Shown piece by piece: positions 11,083-20,763 of a stretch of 64,000 nt of DNA; within the stretch, counting starts at the first letter, position 1, and every line of letters starts with the position of its first letter. The notes under the pieces are model-generated. The model was not told the origin of the DNA. It saw only the letters and a list, made by a program, of their open reading frames with translations, and searched no databases. A program made the position numbers and the translations under genes. This DNA comes from an uncultured Nitrososphaerota archaeon. GTDB taxonomy: Archaea > Thermoproteota > Nitrososphaeria > Nitrososphaerales > CADDZS01. The DNA lies in assembly GCA_963799845.1 (NCBI GenBank), contig CAWCYI010000004.1, positions 1,536,001 to 1,600,000 on the forward strand. Direction: 5' to 3'.

Positions 11083-12372
11083 TCACACAGCGGACCAACT
11101 AACGGTCTCTCGTTTCTTCATGGGTGATAGTCTGTCTGCAAATTGTCTATTGACAATCGTCGGCCTACATAGAATCACAAGTTTACTATTTTTGGAAGCT
11201 CCTCCACCACAAACTCCGGTCTTTTGTCCGATAAAAGTTCGTAGTCGAGACTTTCCATAAACCGACTCAAGCTGAGGTATGTAGACGCTTTCCAAGTCGT
11301 CGCCGGCGGTTTCGGATGATGAAGAAAGCAAAACTTTGGTTACTCCTTCAGAGTCATAGAGTACTTCAAATGTCCTGACGTTGCGGGAGATTATCTGAGA
11401 AAGCCGCTGTGCTTCGTCTTCCTCCAACGGTTCTTCGAGCGTTGGTATCTTCTTCAGAGCTGCGAGCGGTGGCCAACCCGGTGTACTATCATTCTGCTCG
11501 GCATTGCTTCCATTCTCCTTATTCTCGGGTAGTCGCCCTAATCCTTGTATCTTTGGGCCTACTCGAGTTTCAGGTTCAAGTATTGGCAATTGGACACAAT
11601 CTTCTCCGCTGGATCTCTCGAGTGCGCCAATGTCCCCTCTTGGCATAACCTCTTGAGCCTTCAAAGTTCCGCCGACTGGAAAGTGAGCCGCAGGTTTGAT
11701 CGACGATAGTCCCTTAGCGCTTGCCCCGGTAGGCATGTGAATGTAAAACGGGATTTCGTCAGGACTTAGAATTAGGGAAGGCGGTTCCTCCCTCGAATGT
11801 CCATACCTGTAAATTGAGGGAGAGATATCGGTCACCATCCTTCTGTCAACGAGCATCCTCAGGATCCTAGGATCCCTGTACAAATATGCCTTCAATCGGT
11901 CGGTATCGTCCGAGCATAATGAAAATGGTAATTCCTGAAGTTGGTGCGCGATACTCGTCGGACTGTTTTCGTTCCCAACCCACATCCCATTTATCGCGAA
12001 AATGATCGTCGGCTTGGATAGTATCTGTTCTATCTTCTTTATTCGTTGGGCTGCAAACTTATACCACTGGGTGCTAATCTCCCTCCTGGGTATTTTCTGC
12101 CTTGTGCGCTCGTCATATTCCGATGTATTTGCTAACCGAACGTAATTCTCCATTTCAGTCTTTGTGTACATCAGAAGATGGTTGTAGTCTCTTTGCGAGA
12201 ACAAAAATTGTATCCATGCAAACCTTGGAGTGAATCTCTCAAGTGCCTGAATAGTCTCCCCAATCAGGGATTGCTGGGAATTAAAAACTGGCCTTGCCAT
12301 GAAGTGGCCGTCCCTCAAGGCGAAGTTGAAGAAGAGTACGCGTTTGCTGCCTGCTTTTACGTGAGTCTTCAT
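11083..12372 (-). CDS. Hypothetical ICE protein (probable frameshift near 11250; true stop about 11175)
   Basis: Long ORF; an alternative frame gives a plausible end LDYELLSDKRPEFVVEELPKIVNL*. Confidence 0.65.
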   Translation of the reverse strand: MKTHVKAGSKRVLFFNFALRDGHFMARPVFNSQQSLIGETIQALERFTPRFAWIQFLFSQRDYNHLLMYTKTEMENYVRLANTSEYDERTRQKIPRREISTQWYKFAAQRIKKIEQILSKPTIIFAINGMWVGNENSPTSIAHQLQELPFSLCSDDTDRLKAYLYRDPRILRMLVDRRMVTDISPSIYRYGHSREEPPSLILSPDEIPFYIHMPTGASAKGLSSIKPAAHFPVGGTLKAQEVMPRGDIGALERSSGEDCVQLPILEPETRVGPKIQGLGRLPENKENGSNAEQNDSTPGWPPLAALKKIPTLEEPLEEDEAQRLSQIISRNVRTFEVLYDSEGVTKVLLSSSSETAGDDLESVYIPQLESVYGKSRLRTFIGQKTGVCGGGASKNSKLVILCRPTIVNRQFADRLSPMKKRETVSWSAV

Positions 12373-12525
12373 TTCTAAAGCAGAAAAGGAATTGTTGTTC
12401 TTAAGCCTCAGAGAACCGAAGTTGGATCACAGTTTCAAAGTCGATCCATTTTTTCTCCTTAGTTGAATTTAGGCGGCGGCCGTTAAAAGGAAAAGGTCGG
12501 TACAAGCCTTCGAGAGTTTCGACAA

Positions 12526-13113
12526 ATGTCTCTATCAGCAATCGCGTTCTTCATCTATACTCCAATCCCCTATGCAACAATTCTCTGCATAATTCAGTAC
12601 AGACATGACATGTCACAGCTCATACATCCATTAAAAGATAGATGCTCACTCAGAGACTGGAAGTCTGTGTTTGACGATCTTGAGATTGATCACAAGGCAT
12701 CCTCAAGCTCGACTAAAACAGAGGGAATTGTAGGTTTCTCAATTGGACGTCTTCGATTAGATATCTTGGAAAGACATCCAGACATAGGATTTTACGCTTC
12801 TGTGCTTGCAATTGTAACCATCGTTAGTCTGCTTTCTTCCTTGATAGCTGTGCCTGTTTTGACAGGGGGAGACTCTCTTCCTTACTCACGGTTTATTTTG
12901 ATAATCTCAGCTGGGCTTCAGTTTCTCTCTGCGATTCCATCTACCTTCGCCATGCAGCGTTATTTCGGTCCTTTTCCTTCACCCCCTGGGAAATTTCACC
13001 TGAAAAAACGCCGGCCAGGATCACTATTGAGATATGAAAAAACTCTCAATCAACAACAAGTGAAATGTTTTCCAGGAACGATCCTGCGATCAGAAAGGTT
13101 CTGGAGATGCTAA
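12526..13113 (+). CDS. Hypothetical membrane protein
   Basis: Three hydrophobic segments; upstream of the VirD4-like gene. Confidence 0.5.
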   Translation: MSLSAIAFFIYTPIPYATILCIIQYRHDMSQLIHPLKDRCSLRDWKSVFDDLEIDHKASSSSTKTEGIVGFSIGRLRLDILERHPDIGFYASVLAIVTIVSLLSSLIAVPVLTGGDSLPYSRFILIISAGLQFLSAIPSTFAMQRYFGPFPSPPGKFHLKKRRPGSLLRYEKTLNQQQVKCFPGTILRSERFWRC

Positions 13114-13168
13114 CATAGCGGATTTCTGTTCCTCTTAAGAGATTAAATCCTAGTCAATTAGCAGTCAC

Positions 13169-15532
13169 ATGACTTCAAATGAGCTGACACTAGAAGACCT
13201 CAAGAGCCACGCCTATGTCATAGGTGGAACTCGAACAGGCAAGACGAATCTTCAACTGTTTCTCCTAAACTGTCTGTACTGGAATCGAAATCAGAAGAAG
13301 TATCCATGCGCGATGATCTACATTGACCCTCATGGAGACGCGTCCCTGCAATTAGCGATGATGCAAGACAATTGGAAAGAGCTCGTGATACTCGATCCTC
13401 TTTACACCACTTACGCCCTAAATCCTCTTGAACTCCCTCCTCTACCTCAAACTGGTTCTTCAACCTACAGAAGAGAGAGAACAATGGCTGTTCAAAATCA
13501 AGTCGAGCAGATGTCGATCGTAATGAGAGAGATGTTTTCGACAAGCTCGGAACAGGCTCCTAGATTGATGTGGATGCTGAAGGGGGCTCTGTACTACCTT
13601 TACTCCGAAACAGATCCGACAAACATCGTCCAAGAGCCGGACAAAAGTGAAGACGATGGCGCAGCAGAAACAGAGAATAGCAGAGAACTCGCGACGACTC
13701 AAGAAGAAGAAAGGAAAAACAACGAGATCGGAAAAGATGCAGAAAAGTACGCGAAGCGAAGAGAGACACTCTACCATCCGCATTCTGGATCCACGATAAC
13801 CTTCCTCGATCTCTACTATTTACTGAATGATATGATCCGGATGGATAAGGAAGAGCTTGAAGAGTTGCTGAAGAGTCAACCCATACCCGATGAAGTTGTG
13901 AGCAGGACCATGGAAGCAATATCCAAGCTCGAAGATAACGCGTTCGCAGCTGCCATGAACAGGATCTCCAATTTTGTGCTTCCACTTGCTTCGATCACAG
14001 CGAGGACATTCTGCAAGAGAGATTCCAAGCTTGATTTTTCTGAAATGTTGAAGCCGGGCAGGCTGACAATTTTCAGGATTCCAAAATCAAATCTTCCGGA
14101 AGACTTCTGCACGATGCTGACGAGCGCTATCGTACTGAGAATCTACTTCATGGTTCAAGCCAGGGCTAGGGAACTTGAAAGAGGTGGAGGTGTAGAAGAT
14201 GGCTCATCAACGCAGAGAACATCAGTTCACGTTTTCATCGATGAGTTCCAGAGTATTTCTAAGCTAGGAATCCTTTCCACGATTTTAAGCGAATCAGCAA
14301 AATTCGGATTATATCTCAACATAGCTCATCAGAACATTTCACAGATTCCCGACAACCTCTTTGACGCGATCATAGGAAACGCCGGGATGGTATTTGCCTT
14401 CAGGTTGGGACCCGATGACGGCAGAACGGTCTCGAAACTCATGGCCCCAGATGAAGAGAAGTGGGCGAAGGCGATCGTGCGTCTCCCCAACTGGCTTTCG
14501 GTCGTACGGATGAACCCCAAAGGAGATTCTGCCTTGGCAAGGACTCTCACTTTTGCGGTCCCGAAAGTCCGAGAGTCAGTTCACTCCCAGGGCCAGGTCA
14601 TCAACTACATGAAGTCAGAAATGGAGAAGAGATACGGTAGCGGGGACGAACTCTCGACGAAGGACCGGGAGCCCATTTACAGGGCAGCGATGGAGGGAGC
14701 AAGGAAAGCAAAGGGGCTACCACAGCTCAGACCAATAGAAGAGAACGTTCTCTACATCATCGATTCTAGGCGTATCGACAGCAAGGAGAAGGAGATGAAA
14801 TTCAGGACACTTGCAAGGATAATGCAGGAGCAGTTTGGTTGGAATCTTTCGGTGACCCTCGGCGCTGTCAACACCTTGATCGACAAGGGCTACCTCCACG
14901 ATGTGGGAATATTCTACGATCCATCTCTTGTTGGCAAGTCGGAAGGATCTCTTCTCAACGGAGATGAAAAGGATCGGTCCAGGGAAACCTCCTACGCTTT
15001 GACAGACTACACGAAGAACCGGTTTCTGAACAGAGACCTAAAGGGAAGTAGGGTGGGTAAGAACATTCACTGGAATATGATGAAACACTTGATCCACTAC
15101 TACAGGGAAAGTAAGGGCTTTTCCTGCACAGTGGATTATGGGGATTCTAACGATCGGTGGCCAGACATCATAGTGTATCCATTGAAAACGACCTTTGTCA
15201 GGGACAAGACCGACGGGAGCATCAGGGAGTTGCACGACCCGAACCACTGGGACATCAAGAATAGGTTTGCTATAGAGGTCGAAACGACGCCGAGGAAGAA
15301 CCAGAAGCAGCTAGTGAAAAATTACGACAAGTGCTTCTCGCCTCCCGGTCAATACTCACGCGTCGTATTCTATGTCGGAAGCCAAAAGCATAGGAAGGAC
15401 GTACTCGACCTGTTAAAGAGCAAGTCGCCCGGCACATTTGAAGTGAAACAGCTCGACGGTCAAGCTCTTGGCTTGAAGGATGAAGAGCTTGAGAAAGGAC
15501 TAGCTCTCGAAGAACAGGGCCCGGATTCTTGA
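13169..15532 (+). CDS. VirD4/TrwB (HerA/FtsK-fold) ATPase fused to wHTH and PD-(D/E)XK nuclease domain
   Basis: GGTRTGKT, YIDPHGD, VFIDEFQ, ESAKFGLYLNIAHQ. C-terminal AVNTLIDKGYL (wHTH) and WPDIIV...FAIEVETTPRK. Confidence 0.82.
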   Translation: MTSNELTLEDLKSHAYVIGGTRTGKTNLQLFLLNCLYWNRNQKKYPCAMIYIDPHGDASLQLAMMQDNWKELVILDPLYTTYALNPLELPPLPQTGSSTYRRERTMAVQNQVEQMSIVMREMFSTSSEQAPRLMWMLKGALYYLYSETDPTNIVQEPDKSEDDGAAETENSRELATTQEEERKNNEIGKDAEKYAKRRETLYHPHSGSTITFLDLYYLLNDMIRMDKEELEELLKSQPIPDEVVSRTMEAISKLEDNAFAAAMNRISNFVLPLASITARTFCKRDSKLDFSEMLKPGRLTIFRIPKSNLPEDFCTMLTSAIVLRIYFMVQARARELERGGGVEDGSSTQRTSVHVFIDEFQSISKLGILSTILSESAKFGLYLNIAHQNISQIPDNLFDAIIGNAGMVFAFRLGPDDGRTVSKLMAPDEEKWAKAIVRLPNWLSVVRMNPKGDSALARTLTFAVPKVRESVHSQGQVINYMKSEMEKRYGSGDELSTKDREPIYRAAMEGARKAKGLPQLRPIEENVLYIIDSRRIDSKEKEMKFRTLARIMQEQFGWNLSVTLGAVNTLIDKGYLHDVGIFYDPSLVGKSEGSLLNGDEKDRSRETSYALTDYTKNRFLNRDLKGSRVGKNIHWNMMKHLIHYYRESKGFSCTVDYGDSNDRWPDIIVYPLKTTFVRDKTDGSIRELHDPNHWDIKNRFAIEVETTPRKNQKQLVKNYDKCFSPPGQYSRVVFYVGSQKHRKDVLDLLKSKSPGTFEVKQLDGQALGLKDEELEKGLALEEQGPDS

Positions 15533-15582
15533 TGGGCCGGTCAGGAAAGTTCTTGGCGTCGTGACATCCTTCCATGACTAAA

Positions 15583-16754
15583 CAGTAGATGCGAATCAAG
15601 TATGCTTTTCTCGTATGTTAAATGACCCACTCATAATCAGACCGATGAGAGAGAGTTTCATTTGTATTACTTCCACCGATTCGTTCGGATGGAGCAGCTC
15701 TTGGTTGGCATTGTACATGACCCACGAATTGTAGACAAGACATGCAAAGAGATAGTAAAATAACCTTACCACGTAGTTCCTTGATGTTGTTTTATCAGGA
15801 ATTGATTTGACATCCGGTAGCTCGTCTCTATGCCCCAACGATTCTTGAACAATCTCAATACTGTCTCAGCTTTGTAGGGAAGATTGGTTGCAAACAGGTA
15901 CTTGTAATCCTTTGATTTGTCGTAGACCACGACCACATCAAATGACGTTTGTTCGGACTTTCTTCTCCTGTGTCCACTAGTCGTGTATGTGAATCTCCTG
16001 CCATTCCAGAGCCTCATTTTCTTTGTGCTGTAGGTCGGAGCCATTCGGACGATGTACTTGAGTCCAGATTCCTCAAGAAATCTCAGGAAGCCTGTGCTAA
16101 GGAATCCACCGTCAAACACCAAGTATCGAATTCTGATTTCCAGCTCTTCTCGCAGTTTTCGCACAATTTGTTCGGCAGATGAAGCAAGTTCCGCAGCTGA
16201 TTCTAACCCTGTAACAGCTACGATCAGTCTTTCCCCATCTACCAGAACAGAAGCTGTAAGATACTTGAACGCATAATTGCTTCCATCTCGGTGCATGGTT
16301 CCGATGACCATCGGTGTTTCTTCATGATCGCCGTAATACATGACATCGTGCAGATCCACCGCTACGGGGACTGGAAGTCGTAATTTCCGTCGTTTTCGGA
16401 GCTTCTTTACATTCATGTCTACCAAATCATCGAAGATTCGTTTGAGCCTCTCTTCTCTTTGTGATTTGATGTACGAAAGAAGAGTTTCTGCTGTCGGTGA
16501 TTCGTCTAGAGACTTTGAAACACCTTCTGCAAACCCATTCACCAAGCTTGCAGAAATAAGCAGTTTTAGGTGATCGGCTTTTGAGTAAATGGCTCTCTCC
16601 TTGAGGTCGTATGTTAGCAATCCTGAGATACTTTTCTTCACGAATTCATGCAGCTTTCTTGAATTGACCTTCAATGAATGTCGGAAAGAAGCCCTAAGGC
16701 ACGCTGGCCATAATAATTACGGCCGAAAACGCTTGAATTCATTCGCATCTACTG
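15583..16754 (-). mobile_element. ISH3-family insertion sequence (1172 bp)
   Basis: Perfect 14-bp TIR CAGTAGATGCGAAT (15583-15596) / ATTCGCATCTACTG (16741-16754); no clear TSD. Confidence 0.85.
15596..16674 (-). CDS. ISH3-family DDE transposase, frameshifted near 15790
   Basis: AVDLH, VFDGGF, RWGIETSYR; C-terminus KTTSRNYVVRLFYYLFACLVYNSW lies in a second frame. Confidence 0.85.
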
Positions 16755-16869
16755 TGAAGCACGTGGGATTTCCCGCTCCTTGGCGTCTTAAATAGGTTTG
16801 ACAATTAGTATCTTTACATCACAAAAAACAAACAAGAAAACACCGAACTGTCCGAGAGTGGATAGAGTA

Positions 16870-17023
16870 TCTGGGCGGAGGTTGCCTCCCGAAAGGAGCT
16901 CCTACCCGAGCATGTCGCGGCTCTTTCCGCATTTTGGAGGCTGGGGATCTTCGTGGCTAGTCCAATCGGCTCGGTTTTCTTTTCTGGTCTGGGATGGCGT
17001 TGCCGCCCGAAAGGCGCTCCTAC
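16870..17023. repeat. Two 36-nt structured direct repeats, 118-nt period
   Basis: TCTGGG-N5-GTTGCCTCCCGAAAGGAGCTCCTAC and TCTGGG-N5-GTTGCCGCCCGAAAGGCGCTCCTAC. The only differences in the 25-nt core are a compensatory T-A to G-C stem pair. Confidence 0.75.
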
Positions 17024-17065
17024 TCCATCAAGGGCAGAAGGGGAACTTGGCTAAAAATACGAGGA

Positions 17066-17201
17066 GAAAAAGGCATTGGATGTGAAGCGATAGGAACGGA
17101 ACCAGAAAAGACGACTGTAATCCTACGAGTCGATACGATGAAGTTAAGTCAAAGAAAAGCAAGATCAAGTTGATCTCATCAACCGAAGACTACAGGGAAC
17201 C
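17066..17201 (+). ncRNA. Orphan TnpB 3'-end/omegaRNA-like fragment A
   Basis: Aligns by eye to the 3' end of tnpB 3843..5081 (GTGAAGC, GGAACC, GACNGTRATYCTNCGAGTCGAT) and ends in GAACC; no tnpB ORF. Expression not shown. Confidence 0.6.
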
Positions 17202-17236
17202 AAGCCATAACGTACTCCTTTTGTGTAACTCGTGCT

Positions 17237-17345
17237 GTGAACTACCAACGAATAAATCCATTGACTTCCCGCTTCCTTGACTGAAACTTACTGATCTGTC
17301 CGACAGGTAGAGGCAATCTCCCTTTTTGAAGGGGGAGGAGTGAAT
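17237..17345 (-). ncRNA. Orphan IS605-type right end/omegaRNA-like fragment B
   Basis: Minus strand GGAGATTGCCTCTAC...GGAAGTCAATGGATTTATTCGTTGGTAGTTCAC. Same GAAG-hairpin-GTAGTTCAC end and TTGCCTCTAC motif as the element at 19397-20763. Confidence 0.65.
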
Positions 17346-17400
17346 CGGAAATGCTTGAAACTTTCATCCAGAGTACAACGGAATGATTAATATCAGCTAT

Positions 17401-17430
17401 AGGGTGTATAGTATTAGAGGGTGTATAGTA
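17401..17430 (+). promoter_or_regulatory. 13-bp direct repeat AGGGTGTATAGTA x2 before the ATPase start
   Basis: Copies at 17401 and 17418; ATG at 17436. Confidence 0.5.
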
Positions 17431-17435
17431 AGAAA

Positions 17436-18514
17436 ATGCTCTTCGACTTGAAACCAAAAGATGCGCCGAGAGAGTTGTTTGGACGCGAAGAAGAACTCGA
17501 CAGGCTGGTTGAGATGCTCAGGGCCGGGAACTGGGTAGTGGTCATCGGGCCGAGGATGGTTGGCAAGACAAGCCTCATCAAAGCCGCCAACTCGAAGCTA
17601 GGCTTTCAAACAGTGTATGTCAACCTATGGGGAGCAAAAGAGGAATACAGGGTCTTCTCGGCTCTCTGGTAAATGCGATCAACTCTTCAAGCAGCTTGAC
17701 TGGGAAATTCAAGGACTTTGCGGGAAGGATCGAAGGTCTGTCGATCGGCCCTGGTGGCATTTCAGTAACTTCGCAGAAGAGGCCTCTCATGGCTGTATGG
17801 GACTTGCTTGACCTGCTCGGGAGGCAGGGTGGTAAGCTCGTAATTGAACTAGACGAGGTTCAGGAATTGAGCAATGTGAGCGGGCAATTCTTGAAAATAC
17901 TCGCCAACATCTGGAACACTCATAGAAACATAGAGTTCGTCTTCTCAGGCTCTATGTTCGGATTGATCAGGACGCTCCTCAGTCCCAAAAGCAGCAAGAG
18001 CCCAATGTACGGTCGGCCGCCGGCAGAAGTGGTGCTCACAAGATTCGACAAGAAACGAGCCGAAGAGTTCCTGAAGAGGGGTTTCAAGGAGTGCAGAGTG
18101 AAGGTGCCGAACGAAGTATTGAGCCAGAGTGTCGAGGATCATCTTGACGGAATGCCTGGTTGGCTCACGCTTTACGGCAACTGCGTAGCTGTGAGACGAC
18201 AGTCCCTGCAAAAGGCTCTCAAGACGACAGTAGATGAAGGTAGAAACGTGGTCAGAAACGAGCTCCAGCATTTCTTGGAGGGCAGAGACAAGACCCTCTA
18301 TGTTGCGGCACTGAAGGCGACTGCTGGCGGAGCAAGCTGGAGTACTGTAAAACAGTTCATAGAGGCTGCTCGAAAGACCCCTGTCTCAGGCCCTACAGTG
18401 CAGAACGTTCTAAGCAACCTCGTGGACGGATTTCTGGTCGAGCATGCTGACGGAACCTATCGCGTCATAGATCCCATGCTCAAAAACTTGATACTGACTG
18501 GCGAGTCACTCTGA
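17436..18514 (+). CDS. Archaeal ATPase (ATPase_2/STAND-like) with C-terminal wHTH, frameshift near 17635
   Basis: LFDLKPK..LFGREEEL, GPRMVGKTS, IELDEVQ, FSGS, YRVIDPML. Confidence 0.85.
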
Positions 18515-18589
18515 GATCGTTGAACTAGCAAGCCAGCTGGAAAGTTCGTCTGCATGCATACCAAGTGCAGCTGAAAAGGAAAGAAGTGT

Positions 18590-19363
18590 GTTGCAGATGA
18601 CGCAATCTTCGATGAAGCAAAACTCCTCAAAATCAACGGAGACTTCTACGTGTATCTCACAGTCGAAAAGGACATCCAAATCGACAGGAAACCAATCGGG
18701 ATGCTTGCAGTCGATGCTGGCCTACACAACATCGCCACTACAGTGAATTCTCTCGAAAGAAAATCTAGCTTCTATGGAAAAGAGCTTCGAAAGCTGCGAG
18801 CACACTTCTACCTTCTTCGGAAAGCATTGCAGATGAATGGTGCATACGGAGCCCTCAAGAGAGTGGGGGATAAAGAATCTCGAATAACGAACGACATCCT
18901 GCACAAAGTTTCTACAGCCGTAGTAGAGGAAGCGGACAGACTCAACGTGGCGATCACGATTGGCGACTTGAAAGGGATCCGACTGCAACGATGACACTCA
19001 CGCGGTTTCATGCGCAAGCTAAATAGTTTTCCATTCTACAAGCTGTTCCAGATGATTCGATACAAAGCATAATGGCGCGGCATCAAAGTCATAAAAGTTT
19101 CAGAAGCGTGGACTTCCCAGATATGCCATCATTGCCTCTCGAAAGGTTTTCGAGTGGGTGGCAAATTCAAGTGCTTCGCATGCGGACACGAATACAACGC
19201 GGACTATAACGGTGCATACAACATAATGAATCGGGGGATAGGGCAAGCTCTATCTCAGGGGCTGCTTTTGGCACAGCCCATATCGAGAACTCGCTAGGAT
19301 GAAACACCATGACGAGCGTTAACGAAGCGAGAATCTCCCTGCCTTCAGGCGGGAGAATGTCAA
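18590..19363 (+). pseudogene. tnpB: Decayed tnpB (5'-truncated, two in-frame stops) with intact IS605 right end
   Basis: AVDAGL, WTSQICHHC...FKCFACGHEYNADYNGAYNI; right end GAATCTCCCTGCCTTCAGGCGGGAGAATGTCAA ends at 19363. Confidence 0.85.
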
Positions 19364-19396
19364 CTCTGTATTCAATCAAAGGGATAGAATGCAGAA

Positions 19397-20763
19397 GTGA
19401 ACTACCCACGACTGATGATCGTGGGCTTCTCCACGATCAAAGCAGGGCTTCCTGTTTCAACCACCATGCTTGCTCTGACGTCTGGAATCTTTTGAAAGTA
19501 TTCCAAGAGAGTAGAGGCAAGAGTGTCCGCAGGCGTTAATTCCCTATGCACCATAGGTACTCCTCCTTCCTTTTCGATGTTTATCGCGGAGTTGAGGTCT
19601 CTGCCCATTATGAGACCACAGTACGCGCATTCATAGATTCTATCCACAAGAGTGACCTGATTCCTTGCGTTGCAACGCGAGCATTTCTGGGTCGTGGGAA
19701 TGAAGCTATCCACTTTCCTCGGCGTTTGTGCCTTCTTTTCAAGCGCACTGATTATTTCGCCCAGTGAGGTGTTCAAGATTCTTCTTCCCCAAATCCGCTG
19801 CCACGCTTTGATTGCATCATCCTCATAGCAAATCGTTCTGAACTGTTTTGTGAGTCCGTGCACAAGCTTGTTCTGGATATCGTTCTTGATGCTCGTCGTC
19901 CCATGATAGGCTTTATCCAGTCTCGTTTTTGCCTTCCACCAGTTGTGGCTGTGGTATTTCTTTCTGCTTAGCTTCTTGCACAATCTTCTCATTTGCTTCG
20001 AGATAGGGACTTCGTAGCTGATTCTGATCCCGTTTGACAGCGTGAGCTGGTTCTTGATTCCAAGATCAATCCCTACGCTTCGTTCGTCCTCCAATGCCTC
20101 TTTTCTCTTTTCTGCAAACGACTTCGTTTGGTATGTCGTCACGTGCAGATAGTAGTCTCCATGCTTTCGGATCAGAAGCGCGGATGCAAGATCGGCGTTC
20201 GCAGGAATCTGAAAAATCCCTCTTGTTTTGAGTCTCTGCTTGATTCCCTGAATGTGGACGTAGTGCTTATCGATGATCTTGTACGTCATCCCTTGCTGCT
20301 TGAGTGGGATGGAACTCATTTCACTTTTGAATTTGAGCGCACCAACTTTGTGTCCGCTCTTCTTCAACCTGGAAAGTGATCTGATGTTGTCTCTCATCCT
20401 GTCGATGAGTTCCTGTTTCATCTGGGATGAAAGACATCGGATTTCTCTTGTTTCGAAACCATTCTTTGCCTTGACACGGACCGCGCCCAACCTGTAGTCG
20501 GCCTCGAATACGTTTCCGTTTGCAAGCACATGATTGTAGAACCACTTGGCTTCGAGAAATAATCTATCGAGATGTTCGTGTGTCTTGTCGCTGAGATGGG
20601 AAGTATCTATTTTCAGCTCATATTGCTTACAGGTTTGAGTCCTCCGTCTCTCCTTGGTTCTCTTGAGAGTATCGCGTATGGCGTCATTCTTGAGAGACAT
20701 CAGATTCTCCAAGCGCAATTCATCCCATGTTTTAAAACATGGGCTTTCTTGTACAATGCAGAA
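19397..20763 (-). mobile_element. IS1341-type (TnpB-only IS200/IS605) element
   Basis: Minus strand: TTAC, then 16 nt, then AAAG and hairpin CCCATGTTTTAAAACATGGG (left end). Right end GAAGCCCACGATCATCAGTCGTGGGTAGTTCAC. Confidence 0.85.
19402..20718 (-). CDS. tnpB: TnpB RNA-guided endonuclease (likely start ATG at 20700)
   Basis: GIDLGIK, ICYEDD, TTQKCSRC...YECAYCG, RDLNSAINI; catalytic D/E/D intact. Confidence 0.93.
   Translation of the reverse strand: MRLENLMSLKNDAIRDTLKRTKERRRTQTCKQYELKIDTSHLSDKTHEHLDRLFLEAKWFYNHVLANGNVFEADYRLGAVRVKAKNGFETREIRCLSSQMKQELIDRMRDNIRSLSRLKKSGHKVGALKFKSEMSSIPLKQQGMTYKIIDKHYVHIQGIKQRLKTRGIFQIPANADLASALLIRKHGDYYLHVTTYQTKSFAEKRKEALEDERSVGIDLGIKNQLTLSNGIRISYEVPISKQMRRLCKKLSRKKYHSHNWWKAKTRLDKAYHGTTSIKNDIQNKLVHGLTKQFRTICYEDDAIKAWQRIWGRRILNTSLGEIISALEKKAQTPRKVDSFIPTTQKCSRCNARNQVTLVDRIYECAYCGLIMGRDLNSAINIEKEGGVPMVHRELTPADTLASTLLEYFQKIPDVRASMVVETGSPALIVEKPTIISRG

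Noticed and set aside
16870-17023. CRISPR array
   Set aside because: Only two repeats, an 82-nt structured interval and no cas genes; kept as a structured repeat.
17242-17457. 71-aa minus-strand ORF
   Set aside because: Its tail is the TnpB 3'-end relic; unlikely to be a real protein.
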